Assembly: GCA_904502005.1 (NCBI GenBank)
Contig: CAJGDC010000002.1
Location: 3,916-67,915 of the forward strand
Source: an uncultured Alistipes sp.
Lineage (GTDB): Bacteria > Bacteroidota > Bacteroidia > Bacteroidales > Rikenellaceae
Reading direction: 5' to 3'
DNA: 64,000 bases
Every line of letters starts with the position of its first letter. Position 1 is the first letter of the stretch. Positions 30,248 to 41,828 of the stretch are shown here, one piece after another. A program made the position numbers and the translations under genes. Under the pieces are notes generated by a model that made no database searches, had not been told where the DNA came from, and was given only the letters and a program-made list of their open reading frames with translations.

Positions 30248-31372
30248 ATGAGCCATTCCACCACATTGAGAAATCGTCGTGCATTTCGTATGCTGACCCA
30301 TGTCTGTAGAGTTATTGTCGCCCTGACCTTTATCTTCAGTGGCGCCGCTAAAGCTATAGACCCATGGGGCATGGCTCTCAATGTGAACAACTACCTTGTC
30401 ACCTATGGACTGGAGTGGTTTGAGCCACTGGTGATGATTTTTTCAATATGGCTCTGTGGTGCTGAGTTGATGATGGGCTGCATGCTGCTTTTCAAGGTTA
30501 GAATTCGCATGTGCTCAACATTCGCAAGCATATCAATGGTATTCTTTACCATACTCACCTTCCTAAGTGCAACCTTTATACCCGTAGAGGATTGTGGTTG
30601 CTTTGGCGAGGTGATAAAGCTCTCGCCGATGCAAACATTTCTGAAGAATGTAGTCTTGCTGCCAATGATTCTGACCGTTTGGTGGCGCTATCGTCCTGAT
30701 AGAATGTTTGCCTTCTCTCGTCTAGAGTTTGGCTTGGCATGCCTCTTTTTTATCTTTAGCATGGGCGTAGGAACGTATAGCTACTACCACCTACCCCCAG
30801 TGGATTTACTCCCTTATCGCGAAGGCACTAATATTGCTCAGGCGATGGAAGAGGCTCGCAATCGCCAAACCGAGAGCGAGGTAGTACTTATCTACCGCAA
30901 CCGTCGCACTGGTAAGTTGCGTGAGTTTTCGCTTGACGACGATGCTTGGCAAAACGAAAAGCGATGGGAGTGGGTGGAGACCCGTCTATCGGACGATGTT
31001 ACCGACAGCGTTGAGCCTATGATTCTGGAGTTCTATATTGCTAACGAACAAGGTGAAGTTACTGATAGTCTGCTCAATATCAAGGGCAACCTATACATGC
31101 TCTGCGTAACAGATCCGGACAAGGTTAGCAAGAGGTGCGAGCAGCGCTTGGCGTCGGTTGTAGAGCAAGCAAAGCGCGAGCAGGCAGCCATCGTATGTCT
31201 CACCCCGCAACCAATCACTTGCCCTACATACCAGTCGTTTGCCGACAGCGAGGATGTCCGTTGTTATAACATCGATTCCAAGACTATGAAGACCATGCTT
31301 CGCGCGAATACGGGCATTGTTGTCCTCACTGACGGCATAGTAACCAGAAAAGCAAACTGTAGCGACATATAG
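30248..31372 (+). CDS. DoxX/MauE-like membrane protein with thioredoxin-like C-terminus (BT_3928-type)
   Basis: FIFSGAAKAIDPWG, DCGCFGE, KTMLRANTG. Confidence 0.8.
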   Translation: MSHSTTLRNRRAFRMLTHVCRVIVALTFIFSGAAKAIDPWGMALNVNNYLVTYGLEWFEPLVMIFSIWLCGAELMMGCMLLFKVRIRMCSTFASISMVFFTILTFLSATFIPVEDCGCFGEVIKLSPMQTFLKNVVLLPMILTVWWRYRPDRMFAFSRLEFGLACLFFIFSMGVGTYSYYHLPPVDLLPYREGTNIAQAMEEARNRQTESEVVLIYRNRRTGKLREFSLDDDAWQNEKRWEWVETRLSDDVTDSVEPMILEFYIANEQGEVTDSLLNIKGNLYMLCVTDPDKVSKRCEQRLASVVEQAKREQAAIVCLTPQPITCPTYQSFADSEDVRCYNIDSKTMKTMLRANTGIVVLTDGIVTRKANCSDI

Positions 31373-31374
31373 TT

Positions 31375-31767
31375 CTACTGCGTGCTTACAATACTCACCT
31401 CGTGGGATAACGGAGCTATTCTGCGTAACATCTTCAACATTCCGCAATACTTCTCTGTTGTAAGATTTACAGCACGCGCAATCTTTGTCTGTTCACCAAT
31501 ACTACTACATTCAATACGATATAGAATATTGAAATTCAGATAGATGCTACGCGCTGTAACCTCGTCGGTATCTATCTCTCCCATCATCTCAATCTCAAAT
31601 TGTTTTGGAACAATATGCTCCTTGTCCAATATCCCCTTTAGCGTCAGCGCTGCACAGTATGCAGTCGAGTAGAGCAACAACTCTTTAGGATTTAACTCCT
31701 CGACACCTTTTGTAGCAGGGTGAACTTTACCCTTACTATCACACTCAATTGAAACTATAACCTTCAT
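31375..31767 (-). CDS. OsmC-family protein
   Basis: PKELLLYSTAYC...EKYCG two-Cys pattern. Confidence 0.75.
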   Translation of the reverse strand: MKVIVSIECDSKGKVHPATKGVEELNPKELLLYSTAYCAALTLKGILDKEHIVPKQFEIEMMGEIDTDEVTARSIYLNFNILYRIECSSIGEQTKIARAVNLTTEKYCGMLKMLRRIAPLSHEVSIVSTQ

Positions 31768-31894
31768 AAAACAGATATTTTTACAACTACTTTAAGCAAT
31801 TTACGTTCCAAAGTGAGGCGATGTCGTTGATTTTCCTTTGGAAAATTAGGAGGTCTTGTTTGAAATTGTTATTTTTGCAACAAATTGTGTAGAT

Positions 31895-34876
31895 ATGGTT
31901 AGACAAGTAAAGATACTTTGTGTAATGTTGCTTGCAACACTTTTATGTGGTCAGGCAATGGCAAATAGCGAGCAACTTCTCTTTGCAAGGGCAAAGAGTA
32001 TGCTTGAGCATGGGCGTTATGCAGATGCAAGACACTCTTTTTTGCGACTAAAGACGATGGTCAGTCCAGAGGATGTTGCAGCAACTCAACAGGTGGAGTA
32101 TGGACTTACTGTCTGTGCAGTACACCTTGACGACAATATTGCTGAGCAGAGAATGAAGGCCTTCTTAACAAGCTATCCAGGCTCTGTACATGCTGCGGAT
32201 ATACGATTTTTACTTGCATTGCACTACTGCCAAACTGAGCAGTTTAATCTTGCCAAGGAGCAGTTTGAGAAGCTAAGCTACAACTCTCTTACCAAATACA
32301 ATCGCCAGCGATACGATATTCGCATGGGCTATATTGAATTTATAGAGGGCAATATGGACAAGTCGATGGAGTACTTCAACAGAATATCTCCTCTATGCGA
32401 AGTTGCCGACCATGCGCTCTACTACAAGTCATACATCTACTACAGCCGTGGTGAGCTAAATAATGCTTACGAGGGGTTCAAGGCCCTTGAGAAGAGCGAA
32501 GCTTACTCTAAGCTAATCCCATTCTACCTACTTCAGTTAGAGTTTGAGCGAGAGAACTATAGTTATGTAACCAACCATTGTGACCCAATTCTTAAGAGCG
32601 CACAAGGTCAGGAGCGAGCAGTTGTTATGCGACTGGCAGCCGAGTCGTGGTTCCGTCTTGATGGCTACAATAAGGCGCTACAATACATCACAGCCTATGC
32701 AAAGAGCAACAATGGCAAGATGAGCCGCGAAGATAACTATCTCCTCGGATATACAGCCTACCGAACAGCTGACTATGCGAGTGCTGTTGAGCCCCTTAAA
32801 GCGGCGTGTGATGGCACCGATAGTCTTGCACAAAATGCATCTTACCACCTTGCTGATTGTTACATCCGCCTGGGTGATAAGCGTAATGCTATTCGCGCCT
32901 TTGCCATGGCTGCTGACGAGCGTTTTAACAACGAGATTGCTGAGGATGCCCTCTTTAACTACGGCAAACTCCTCTTTGAGACTGGCGGTGGAACATTCAA
33001 CGAGTCTATCAATGTACTTGCTCGTTACCTCAATCGCTATCCAAACACTGCTCGTACTGAGGAGGCCAAGGAGTTGCTTATCGCAGCCTACTACAACTCT
33101 AAGGATTACGATATGGCTTACGACGCTATTCGAGCATTTCCAAATCCTGACGGCAGCATGAAGACCGCCCTGCAGAAGATTGCATATTTCAAAGGAGTTG
33201 AGGCATTCAATGGCGGTGATTACACTACGGCAAAGCAATCGTTTGAGGAGTCGCTCTCTGTAGGTGTGAGCCCTAAGTACAATGCACTCTGCGCCTTTTG
33301 GCTTGGAGAGGTTGCCTACAAGAGTGGCGATATGGAGCAGGCAGCAGCGCAATACAACTACTATCTAAAGCGAGCGCCTCGCACTGCTGATGAGTACAAA
33401 CTGGCTCTCTACAACCTTGGATATACGCAGATTGCACGCGGTGATAATGGAGCTGCACAGCGAGCATTGGAGGGTTTTATCTGGCTATACAAAAAGCGTG
33501 ATGCTGTGCGTGCAGATGGATACAATCGCCTTGCTGACGTCCATTTTTTACAGCGTGACTATCAGAGTGCTGTAAAGAATTATGAAGGCGCTATAACCTT
33601 AGCTCAGCCTGAGAGTCACTATGCACGCTATCGCCGTGCAATATCATTAGGCTTACTGGGTAAGGAGCAGCCAAAGATAGATGCTCTGAAGAGCATTGTT
33701 GCTGCAGCAGAGGGTGACTATGTAGACAATGCAGCCTATGAACTTGGTCGCACATATCTAAACGCCGGCAAGTATAGCGAGGGTGCAAAGACTCTTGAAG
33801 CGCTTATTGAGAACTACCCTACCACCCCATATCTTACAGCTGCAATGTTAGACTTGGGTCTTGTGCACTTTAACTTAGGCAATACAGACAAATCTCTTGA
33901 CTTCTACGACAAGGTTATCTCTGCGGCTCCGCAATCACAGGCTGCCAAAGATGCAATAAACAGTGTTCGTGAGATTTATGTTGCTAAGGGTGATGTCTCT
34001 TCATACTTTGCTTATGCCGAGCGCACTGGTGTTGAGTGTGACCTTAGTGCAGTTACGCGCGACTCTCTAAGCTATCGTAGTGCAGAGAAAATTTACCTTG
34101 CTGGTAAGGTTGATGAGTCAATTTCTCACTTTGAGAACTATATTGTCTCATATCCGAAGGGCTATTATATTGACGATGCGCTATTCTGTCTGAGCGACAG
34201 TTACCTAAAGTGTGACTCTCTTGACCGTGCATTAGAGCGCATGAAACTGCTATCTGACCGACCAAAGAATAGATACACGCTCTCTGTACTGGATAAACTG
34301 GCTACTGTAACTTTTGACAACAAAATGTATACCGAGTCTGCATCGGCTTATCGTCGTCTATATGCAGCCACAGAGGATAGCGCAGAGCGTAGCAAGGCAA
34401 TTAAGCGTTATGTTGATGCCACAATTTTGGATAATGAGAACAATCTAACCCTTGCAATGGCTGATGATATTGACACCCTTGAGAATATCGAAATGGCTGT
34501 TGTGCGCAAGGCTCGCTTTAGCAAGGCTAAGGTATATAGCAACACAAATCGCGGAGCCGAGGCTTTAGATATCTACCGAACTCTTAGTAGTGACAAGAGC
34601 GACGCCATTGGTGCCGAGTCGGCATATCACATTATCCGCCACCACTTTGACAAGGGTGAGCACGACAAGGCGGAGCAACTTATATACGAACTTGCCGACA
34701 GCAAGACAACACACAGCTACTACTTAGGTCGAGCATTTATCATTTTGGGCGATGTCTATGCCGCCAAAGGTGACAATTTCCAGGCTCGAGCAACATACCA
34801 GAGTATTATTGACGGCTACTCGCCTGCTGACGATGGCGTGATTGCTGAGGCTAAACAGAGAATTGAGACGCTATGA
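31895..34876 (+). CDS. Large periplasmic tetratricopeptide-repeat protein
   Basis: Signal peptide and many TPR-like repeats; paired with the downstream outer-membrane barrel as is usual in Bacteroidota. Confidence 0.9.
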   Translation: MVRQVKILCVMLLATLLCGQAMANSEQLLFARAKSMLEHGRYADARHSFLRLKTMVSPEDVAATQQVEYGLTVCAVHLDDNIAEQRMKAFLTSYPGSVHAADIRFLLALHYCQTEQFNLAKEQFEKLSYNSLTKYNRQRYDIRMGYIEFIEGNMDKSMEYFNRISPLCEVADHALYYKSYIYYSRGELNNAYEGFKALEKSEAYSKLIPFYLLQLEFERENYSYVTNHCDPILKSAQGQERAVVMRLAAESWFRLDGYNKALQYITAYAKSNNGKMSREDNYLLGYTAYRTADYASAVEPLKAACDGTDSLAQNASYHLADCYIRLGDKRNAIRAFAMAADERFNNEIAEDALFNYGKLLFETGGGTFNESINVLARYLNRYPNTARTEEAKELLIAAYYNSKDYDMAYDAIRAFPNPDGSMKTALQKIAYFKGVEAFNGGDYTTAKQSFEESLSVGVSPKYNALCAFWLGEVAYKSGDMEQAAAQYNYYLKRAPRTADEYKLALYNLGYTQIARGDNGAAQRALEGFIWLYKKRDAVRADGYNRLADVHFLQRDYQSAVKNYEGAITLAQPESHYARYRRAISLGLLGKEQPKIDALKSIVAAAEGDYVDNAAYELGRTYLNAGKYSEGAKTLEALIENYPTTPYLTAAMLDLGLVHFNLGNTDKSLDFYDKVISAAPQSQAAKDAINSVREIYVAKGDVSSYFAYAERTGVECDLSAVTRDSLSYRSAEKIYLAGKVDESISHFENYIVSYPKGYYIDDALFCLSDSYLKCDSLDRALERMKLLSDRPKNRYTLSVLDKLATVTFDNKMYTESASAYRRLYAATEDSAERSKAIKRYVDATILDNENNLTLAMADDIDTLENIEMAVVRKARFSKAKVYSNTNRGAEALDIYRTLSSDKSDAIGAESAYHIIRHHFDKGEHDKAEQLIYELADSKTTHSYYLGRAFIILGDVYAAKGDNFQARATYQSIIDGYSPADDGVIAEAKQRIETL

Positions 34877-36576
34877 GAAGATTAATATTGACAATTTCAG
34901 CGCTGCTTGTTACCCTTTCAGTCGCAGCGCAGGTTGAGCGAGAGGTAGAGGTTACTAAGCAATATGTACCAAAGCTCCCTCCGGCAAGAAAGATGGACTT
35001 TCAGCCGGATATGGTAGATACAGTATCTATTCGCCCTGAGATAGACTATACAATTGTTCCAAAATCCTTTGCCTCAGCACTTAGTACAGAGAAAATTCGT
35101 CCTGCAAAGGTTACTTATTGGGAATATACAAAGAACTACCCAATCTACATCAAGGCGGGTGTCGGCTACCCTCTTGTGAGCGAAGTTGATGCCTATGCCT
35201 CAACAAATCGCGCAGATGTGGGATATTTGAGTGCATACATAAATCATCGCGGCAGCTACTCGGATATTAAGACCTTCAACCCTATATCTGCTGAAGAGTG
35301 GCTTGGCAAGGCTCATCAGATGTCAAACCGCATAGGAGTCAATGGCGGTAAATACATTGGTCGCTATACATTCAATGGTGACATCTACTATGATGCGGAT
35401 ATCTTCCATCGCTATGCTCAGCCAAAGAGCGATGATGCTATTGACGAGGTTAACTACGAAAACATCGCTCTTGCCATGAGTTTCGGCGACTCATTTGCCG
35501 ATATGAGCAAAGTGAACTTCAACATTTACGCAGCTGCAGACTACTACAACGACAAGTCTGAGCAACTACCAGACCTTGAGCGCAAAATGCAGCAGTTCAA
35601 TGCTACTGCAGGGCTAAAGTTAGGCAGGAATATCGGCACAAAGGCGCGCATTTATGCCACTTTTGACTATCAGGTCAGCTTTGGCATGAAGTACATCAAA
35701 CAGAGTAGCAATAATATTATAAGTGGTAGTGTAGCCTATGAGCACAATATCAATAAGAGCATAGACATCAGGGCTTCGATAAAATATAGCCACGATAAAA
35801 TAGCAAATCAGAAGAGCCGCCATCATATTCTACCAAATGTATATGTAGGCTTTAATGTTGCTCAAAAGGATACTTTTGTGCCTTATATTGAGTTTGACAG
35901 CCGTCTTGAGCGCAATACATACCAGCATCTGCAGCAGGCTAATCCATACATCCTTTTGCGTGGTGCTGAGTATCAAGCAGTGCCTAATACGACAATATAC
36001 AATCTCCGTGCTGGTTTTACAGGTCACACAACCAACAACAAGCTGAGCTATCGTCTCAATGCCAATGCTGCATTTATGAGCAATGCGCTCTACTGGATAA
36101 ATGTAGATAATATCGGCTTTGATGTCACTACTGCCGCACAGAATATCATCACCCTTAACGCATCGTTAGAGTACAAGCCACTCTCAACACTTATGTTTGG
36201 TGCTGGATTTAAGTGGATGTTGTATGATGAAAATTTTGTAGATATTGAGAATGGCAAGCCAAACTTTGAGGCAAATCTCAACATTCAATATACTCACCAC
36301 AAGTTTGCCGTTGGCGCTAAGGCTGATATTATCGGCAGCAGAAGCTGGAGCTTTGCAGGCAACTACTTTGAGGGCGATGTTAGAGATAACTACACTCTTC
36401 ATAGCTACACATATCCTGTATGCGTCGATTTAGGACTTACATTTGACTGGTTTGTTGCAAAGCAGTGTACAATATACATTGATGGTCGCAACCTTGCAAA
36501 TTGTAAGATTTATGACTTCGCACTCTATCGTCGATTAGGCATTGGGGCAGTTGCAGGAATTAAAGTTCAGTTCTAA
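34873..36576 (+). CDS. Outer-membrane beta-barrel protein (TonB-dependent-receptor-like)
   Basis: Signal peptide; EVEVTKQYVP; amphipathic strands; ends GIKVQF. Confidence 0.75.
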   Translation: MRRLILTISALLVTLSVAAQVEREVEVTKQYVPKLPPARKMDFQPDMVDTVSIRPEIDYTIVPKSFASALSTEKIRPAKVTYWEYTKNYPIYIKAGVGYPLVSEVDAYASTNRADVGYLSAYINHRGSYSDIKTFNPISAEEWLGKAHQMSNRIGVNGGKYIGRYTFNGDIYYDADIFHRYAQPKSDDAIDEVNYENIALAMSFGDSFADMSKVNFNIYAAADYYNDKSEQLPDLERKMQQFNATAGLKLGRNIGTKARIYATFDYQVSFGMKYIKQSSNNIISGSVAYEHNINKSIDIRASIKYSHDKIANQKSRHHILPNVYVGFNVAQKDTFVPYIEFDSRLERNTYQHLQQANPYILLRGAEYQAVPNTTIYNLRAGFTGHTTNNKLSYRLNANAAFMSNALYWINVDNIGFDVTTAAQNIITLNASLEYKPLSTLMFGAGFKWMLYDENFVDIENGKPNFEANLNIQYTHHKFAVGAKADIIGSRSWSFAGNYFEGDVRDNYTLHSYTYPVCVDLGLTFDWFVAKQCTIYIDGRNLANCKIYDFALYRRLGIGAVAGIKVQF

Positions 36577-37076
36577 TGGCACGCGAAACTGTTTATACAC
36601 TACCATTTAGATGGAGTAAGGCCGTCTGGGCAATCACTCTATTATACTATATTGGGGCGGTTGTGCTTATTGGCTTGCTGATTCGCCTACTCTTTAGTGG
36701 TGCTATTTTTGCTGGCATTGTTGCTCTTATTATCGCCACTCCAATAGTAGTTGGAATTGTAGTGTACTGTGAGGGATACTCGCCACAACGGCTTGAGATT
36801 TCCGCCTCTCAAATAACTATACTGCGTCGCTATAACAGCATAACAATTCTTCGTTCTGCAATAGTGAGCACTAGAGCTCTACAACAAAAAGATATGTCAT
36901 GGACCATAAACTTAGGGGGCTGTGGTGGACTATATGGATACTTTGGTTCCTTTAAGAATCGTCAGCTGGGCGAGTTCTCACTCTATGCAACAGCGATGGA
37001 TAATCTATATCTTATAACCCTATCAAATGGTCAAAAGGTGGTCATAGGATGTGATGAGCCAAAATTATTGCAATAA
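36576..37076 (+). CDS. Bacterial PH-domain membrane protein
   Basis: Two TMs then GCGGLYGYFGSF...LGEFSLYAT. Confidence 0.75.
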   Translation: MARETVYTLPFRWSKAVWAITLLYYIGAVVLIGLLIRLLFSGAIFAGIVALIIATPIVVGIVVYCEGYSPQRLEISASQITILRRYNSITILRSAIVSTRALQQKDMSWTINLGGCGGLYGYFGSFKNRQLGEFSLYATAMDNLYLITLSNGQKVVIGCDEPKLLQ

Positions 37077-37140
37077 ATATCTGTTAATCTTTGCCTTTTC
37101 TGAATAGTTTTATAACTTTGTGCCGTAAAAAGAGTATAAA

Positions 37141-37977
37141 ATGAGAGCATTTTCTACCGTATCAGAGTTGCGCGAGGCACTGCTTCCGCTTCGTGATAAA
37201 ACAATAGGTTTTGTGCCTACTATGGGCGCACTGCATCAGGGACACATCTCTCTTGTAGAGCTCGCACGTAAAGAGTGCGACACTGTTGTAGTATCTGTCT
37301 TTGTAAATCCAACACAGTTCAACGATAAGAACGACCTAAAGCACTATCCTCGTACTCCAGAGGCTGATTCTGCAATGCTCAGCGCTGCTGGTGTAGACTT
37401 CGTTCTCTTCCCTAGCGTAGAGGAGATATATCCGGAGCCGGATACACGCATCTTTGACTTTGGTCTTATTGATAAAGTTATGGAGGGAGCTACCCGTCCT
37501 GGTCACTTTAATGGCGTGGCACAGGTTGTGAGCCGACTCTTCAATATCGTTGAGCCGGACAAGGCATATTTTGGTCAGAAGGACTTCCAGCAGATTGCTG
37601 TCATCCGTGCCATGGTGGCTCAGCTCGGTATTAATATTGAGATTGTTGAGTGCCCAATTATCCGCGATATTGATGGTCTTGCGCTCTCATCTCGCAATAC
37701 ACTACTTACCCCAGAGCACCGCGCTGCAGCACCACATATCTACGAGGTGTTATCTGCGGCAACTGCCAAGGTTAGTGAACTTACACCAAAGGCTCTTACT
37801 GAGTGGGTTACTGCAGAGGTGGAGAAGAATCCGCTACTCAAGGTTATCTATTTTGAGGCAGTCAATGCTCTAACTATGCAGAGCGTAGAGAGTTGGCAGG
37901 AGTGTGAGCGAGTACAGGGTTGCATTGCCGTTCAAGCAGGTGAAATTCGCCTTATCGATAATATTAAACTAAAGTAG
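37141..37977 (+). CDS. panC: Pantoate--beta-alanine ligase
   Basis: [33 protein letters not shown]. Confidence 0.97.
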   Translation: MRAFSTVSELREALLPLRDKTIGFVPTMGALHQGHISLVELARKECDTVVVSVFVNPTQFNDKNDLKHYPRTPEADSAMLSAAGVDFVLFPSVEEIYPEPDTRIFDFGLIDKVMEGATRPGHFNGVAQVVSRLFNIVEPDKAYFGQKDFQQIAVIRAMVAQLGINIEIVECPIIRDIDGLALSSRNTLLTPEHRAAAPHIYEVLSAATAKVSELTPKALTEWVTAEVEKNPLLKVIYFEAVNALTMQSVESWQECERVQGCIAVQAGEIRLIDNIKLK

Positions 37978-37979
37978 AG

Positions 37980-38333
37980 ATGGTTATTGAAGTTCTAAAA
38001 TCTAAGATTCATCGCGTAAAGGTTACGCAAGCAAATGTGAACTATGTCGGTAGCATCACTATTGATAGTTCTCTGATGGAGGCTGCAAATATTATCCGAG
38101 GCGAAAAGGTGCAGGTTGTCAATGTAACAAATGGCGAGCGCCTTGAGACCTACGCTATTCCAGGGGAGGCTGATAGCGGTGTTATCTGTCTCAACGGAGC
38201 AGCTGCACACAAGGCATCAGTGGGCGATGTTATTATTATAATCTCATATGCCGCTATGGATTTTGAGGAGGCTAAGAGTTTCACTCCATGGGTTATCTTC
38301 CCAGACACTGCAACCAATAAGATTGTAAAATAG
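37980..38333 (+). CDS. panD: Aspartate 1-decarboxylase
   Basis: [29 protein letters not shown]. Confidence 0.97.
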   Translation: MVIEVLKSKIHRVKVTQANVNYVGSITIDSSLMEAANIIRGEKVQVVNVTNGERLETYAIPGEADSGVICLNGAAAHKASVGDVIIIISYAAMDFEEAKSFTPWVIFPDTATNKIVK

Positions 38334-38845
38334 TGGATATACTACTCGCTATACTTGCCGTTATCTTTACATTTATCGGCTTGGTTGGTTGTATTGTTCC
38401 GATACTTCCAGGACCAGTATTGGCGTATATTGGTTTTCTCTGCTGCTACTTCTGCTCTTTTGACCAAATCTCTACAAATAGCGTATGGGTATATCTAGCG
38501 CTAACCGCCGCTGTAACTATTGCCGATTTTATTCTACCTGCCTATCTTACAAAACTTGCCGGTGGTAGCAAAGCGGGTGAGAGAGGCGCTACAGCAGGTC
38601 TTATTGTGGGCATGCTGCTCGGTAGCCTTGTCGGTGCAATCATCGGTCCTTTTATAGGTGCTGTGGTGGGTGAGATAATCAAAGATAGCTCAGATCTGAA
38701 GCGAGCATTTAAGGTTGGCTTAGGCTCTTTTCTATCGTTTATCGTTGGTACAGGCTTTAAGCTGATATTATGCATCATTCTACTGGTCAAGGTCTTTAGC
38801 GAGGTCTTTCCAGCTCTAGCAAATTGGCTTTCAAATCTATTCTAA
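38333..38845 (+). CDS. DUF456-family membrane protein
   Basis: GCIVPILPGP, GGSKAG, IIGPFIGAVVGE. Confidence 0.8.
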   Translation: MDILLAILAVIFTFIGLVGCIVPILPGPVLAYIGFLCCYFCSFDQISTNSVWVYLALTAAVTIADFILPAYLTKLAGGSKAGERGATAGLIVGMLLGSLVGAIIGPFIGAVVGEIIKDSSDLKRAFKVGLGSFLSFIVGTGFKLILCIILLVKVFSEVFPALANWLSNLF

Positions 38846-38855
38846 ACAAAATATT

Positions 38856-41759
38856 ATGAAACATTTAAGGTTAATATTGATGGCAGTAGCTGTTTTTGCA
38901 CTGTCATCCTGCTCGGAGTATAGTTACGAGAAGGTCTCTGGCGATCCCCTTGCCACACGTATCTATACACTCGACAATGGACTGAAAGTTTATCTATCTG
39001 TCAACAAAGAGCAGCCTCGTATTCAGACTATTATCTCGGTGCGCGTGGGTGCGAAGAACGACCCTGCAGAGACAACAGGTCTTGCTCACTACTTTGAGCA
39101 TCTGATGTTCAAGGGTACTGATAAGTTTGGCACTAGCGACTACCAGTCAGAGAAGCCTCTGCTTGATCAGATAGAGGCACTGTTTGAGCAGTATCGCGTA
39201 ACTACCGATGAGCGTCAGCGCAAAGCTCTCTACGCTCAGATTGACGAGCTATCACAGCAGGCTTCAAAGTTCTCTATTCCAAACGAGTACGACAAACTTA
39301 TCCAGAGCATTGGTGGCGATGGCTGCAATGCGTGGACTTCGTATGACGAGACAAGCTATATGTCTGAGATTCCGTCAAATCAGGTTGAGAATTGGGCAAA
39401 GATTGAGTCAGAGCGCTTCAAGAATGCCGTTATTCGTGGCTTCCACACAGAGCTTGAGACTGTGTATGAGGAGTACAATATGAGCCTTACTCGCGATAAT
39501 AACAAGGTTATTGATAAGTTCCTCGGACTGATGATGCCAAACCACCCATACGGACAGCACTCTGTACTTGGCAAGCAAGAACATCTTAAGAATCCTTCAA
39601 TTACAAATATCAAGAACTACTATAACACCTACTACGTGCCAAACAATATGGCGGTATGTCTCTCTGGTGATTTCAATCCGGATGAGGTTATCAAGATTGT
39701 AGATGCATACTTTGGCGATATGGTTCCAAATCATAATCTTCCAGAGGGTATTGAGGGCTCTATTACCCCAGTCACAGAGCCTCGTCAGGCTGAGGTTTGG
39801 GGACTTGAGAGTGAGACACTCTTTGCAGGTTGGCTCACTGGCGCAGCAAATAGTGATGATGCGCTGATGCTCGACATTGTATCATCTGTACTCAGCAACG
39901 GCAACTGTGGTCTAATTGACATTAACCTAACCCAAACTCAGAAGGTGCTCTATGGCTCTGCATCAGCAGATCAGCTATCAGATGCTGGCTTTATGATGCT
40001 CTTTGGTATGCCAAAGCAGGGTCAGCCCCTTGAGCAGGTTGAGACTTTACTTCTTGAGCAGGTAGATGCACTACGTAGCGGTGAGTTTGATGAGAGTATT
40101 TTGAATGCTATTATCGCAAATTACAAGCGCGACTTGATGGTATCATACGAGGATAACTTCAACCGTTGCTATGCTATGGCACTATCGTTTATCAACCAGG
40201 ATAACTGGGCAGATGTTGTCTCAAAGCTTGATCGTGCGTCAAAGATTACTAAGGAGGATGTAGTTGCTTGGGCAAACACAAAGCTCACTAAAGAGAGCAT
40301 GGTTACCGTCTATAAGCGTCAGGGCGAGGACAAAAACCAGAAGAAGATTGACAAGCCACAGATTACCCCTATCGCGACAAACAGAGATAGCCAGTCGGAG
40401 TTCCTAAAGGCTATTGCAAACTCTGAGGTTGAGCCTATAGCTCCTCAATTTACCGATTTTGAGCGCGACATGGACATCTTCACCCTTGACAATGGCATTG
40501 AGGTGCTCTATAAGCAGAATGAGCTTAACGAGCGCTTTGAGCTTGTATACCTCTACGACTTTGGTCTTGAGACAGACCCTGCGCTATCAGTAGCACGCGA
40601 CTATCTTGCAATGCTCGGCACAGAGAACAAGAGCCTAGCACAGATTATGAGCGAGCAGTATGAGCTTGCATGTGACGTTTCATTCTCTCCTTCATCTACA
40701 AACTTCTACGTAACCATTTCAGGTATTACAGAGAATATGCCGTCAGCTATAGCTCTTGCTGAGGATTATATGGCAAATGTAAAGGGTGACGAGGATGTAC
40801 TCTCTGAGGTTAAGAGTGATATTCTCAAGGAGCGCGCAAACAACAAGACCAATCAGCGCGCAAATTACAATGCTCTGCAGCGTTATGTTATCTACGGCAG
40901 CGATTACGTTGCTCGCACAACCCTTACAAATGAGCAACTTATGGCCCTTGAGTCAGAGGCTCTACTCGACAAGATTCGTGGTCTGAAGAACTATCAGCAC
41001 CGTATCCTTTACTATGGTCCTATGAGTAAGCGCGAGCTTAAAAAGCAGCTCAATGCCTCTCACTCTGTTGCTGAGAACCTAATACCGGTAGAGTATAAGA
41101 GCACTCCGACTGTTGAGGTTACGGAGCCTAAGGTAGTATTTGCACAGTACGATGCAAAACAGATATACTATATGCAGTATACCTGCGGTGGAGATATGTT
41201 CGATGTTACTCTTGATCCGTCTGTACGTCTTTATAACGAGTACTTCAGCGGCGGTATGAATGCAATCGTCTTCCAGGAGATGCGCGAGGCTCGCGGTCTT
41301 GCATACTCCTCATACGCATACCTCGGTCAAGGTAAAACATGTAACGAGCCTTACTACTTCTACGCCTTTATTGCTACCCAGAACGACAAGATGCAGCAGG
41401 CCGTAGAGGCATTTGATGAGATTATTGAGAATATGCCACAGTCAGAAGCTGCCTTTGAACTGACAAAGCAGGGCCTACTGACCGGCATGGCAACTGGCAG
41501 AACTACAAAGATGGATGTGCTGTGGAAGTATATCGGCGATATGCAGTTCGGCATTACCGACCTCAACCGCACAGAGGCTGTCTATAACGGCATCAAGACA
41601 ATGACACTTGCCGATGTCGCTAAGTTCCAACAGAGCCATATCAAGGATAATGAGTATATATATTGCATCCTCGGCGACAAGAACGATGTTGATATGAAGT
41701 ACCTCAAAACCCTCGGCAATATCGAATTTGTATCCCAGGAGCAGATTTTCGGTTACTAA
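38856..41759 (+). CDS. M16-family zinc protease lipoprotein
   Basis: Lipobox LSSC; inverted zinc motif HYFEH; REARGLAY in the second half. Confidence 0.93.
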   Translation: MKHLRLILMAVAVFALSSCSEYSYEKVSGDPLATRIYTLDNGLKVYLSVNKEQPRIQTIISVRVGAKNDPAETTGLAHYFEHLMFKGTDKFGTSDYQSEKPLLDQIEALFEQYRVTTDERQRKALYAQIDELSQQASKFSIPNEYDKLIQSIGGDGCNAWTSYDETSYMSEIPSNQVENWAKIESERFKNAVIRGFHTELETVYEEYNMSLTRDNNKVIDKFLGLMMPNHPYGQHSVLGKQEHLKNPSITNIKNYYNTYYVPNNMAVCLSGDFNPDEVIKIVDAYFGDMVPNHNLPEGIEGSITPVTEPRQAEVWGLESETLFAGWLTGAANSDDALMLDIVSSVLSNGNCGLIDINLTQTQKVLYGSASADQLSDAGFMMLFGMPKQGQPLEQVETLLLEQVDALRSGEFDESILNAIIANYKRDLMVSYEDNFNRCYAMALSFINQDNWADVVSKLDRASKITKEDVVAWANTKLTKESMVTVYKRQGEDKNQKKIDKPQITPIATNRDSQSEFLKAIANSEVEPIAPQFTDFERDMDIFTLDNGIEVLYKQNELNERFELVYLYDFGLETDPALSVARDYLAMLGTENKSLAQIMSEQYELACDVSFSPSSTNFYVTISGITENMPSAIALAEDYMANVKGDEDVLSEVKSDILKERANNKTNQRANYNALQRYVIYGSDYVARTTLTNEQLMALESEALLDKIRGLKNYQHRILYYGPMSKRELKKQLNASHSVAENLIPVEYKSTPTVEVTEPKVVFAQYDAKQIYYMQYTCGGDMFDVTLDPSVRLYNEYFSGGMNAIVFQEMREARGLAYSSYAYLGQGKTCNEPYYFYAFIATQNDKMQQAVEAFDEIIENMPQSEAAFELTKQGLLTGMATGRTTKMDVLWKYIGDMQFGITDLNRTEAVYNGIKTMTLADVAKFQQSHIKDNEYIYCILGDKNDVDMKYLKTLGNIEFVSQEQIFGY

Positions 41760-41775
41760 ACCTTTAGACTCTATT

Positions 41776-41811
41776 AAACACCCACTACATCACCGTAGTG
41801 GGTGTTTTTTT
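41776..41811. terminator. Terminator between convergent genes
   Basis: aaacacccactac/gtagtgggtgttt stem followed by a T run. Confidence 0.8.
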
Positions 41812-41828
41812 ATCATTCCAAGCACAAA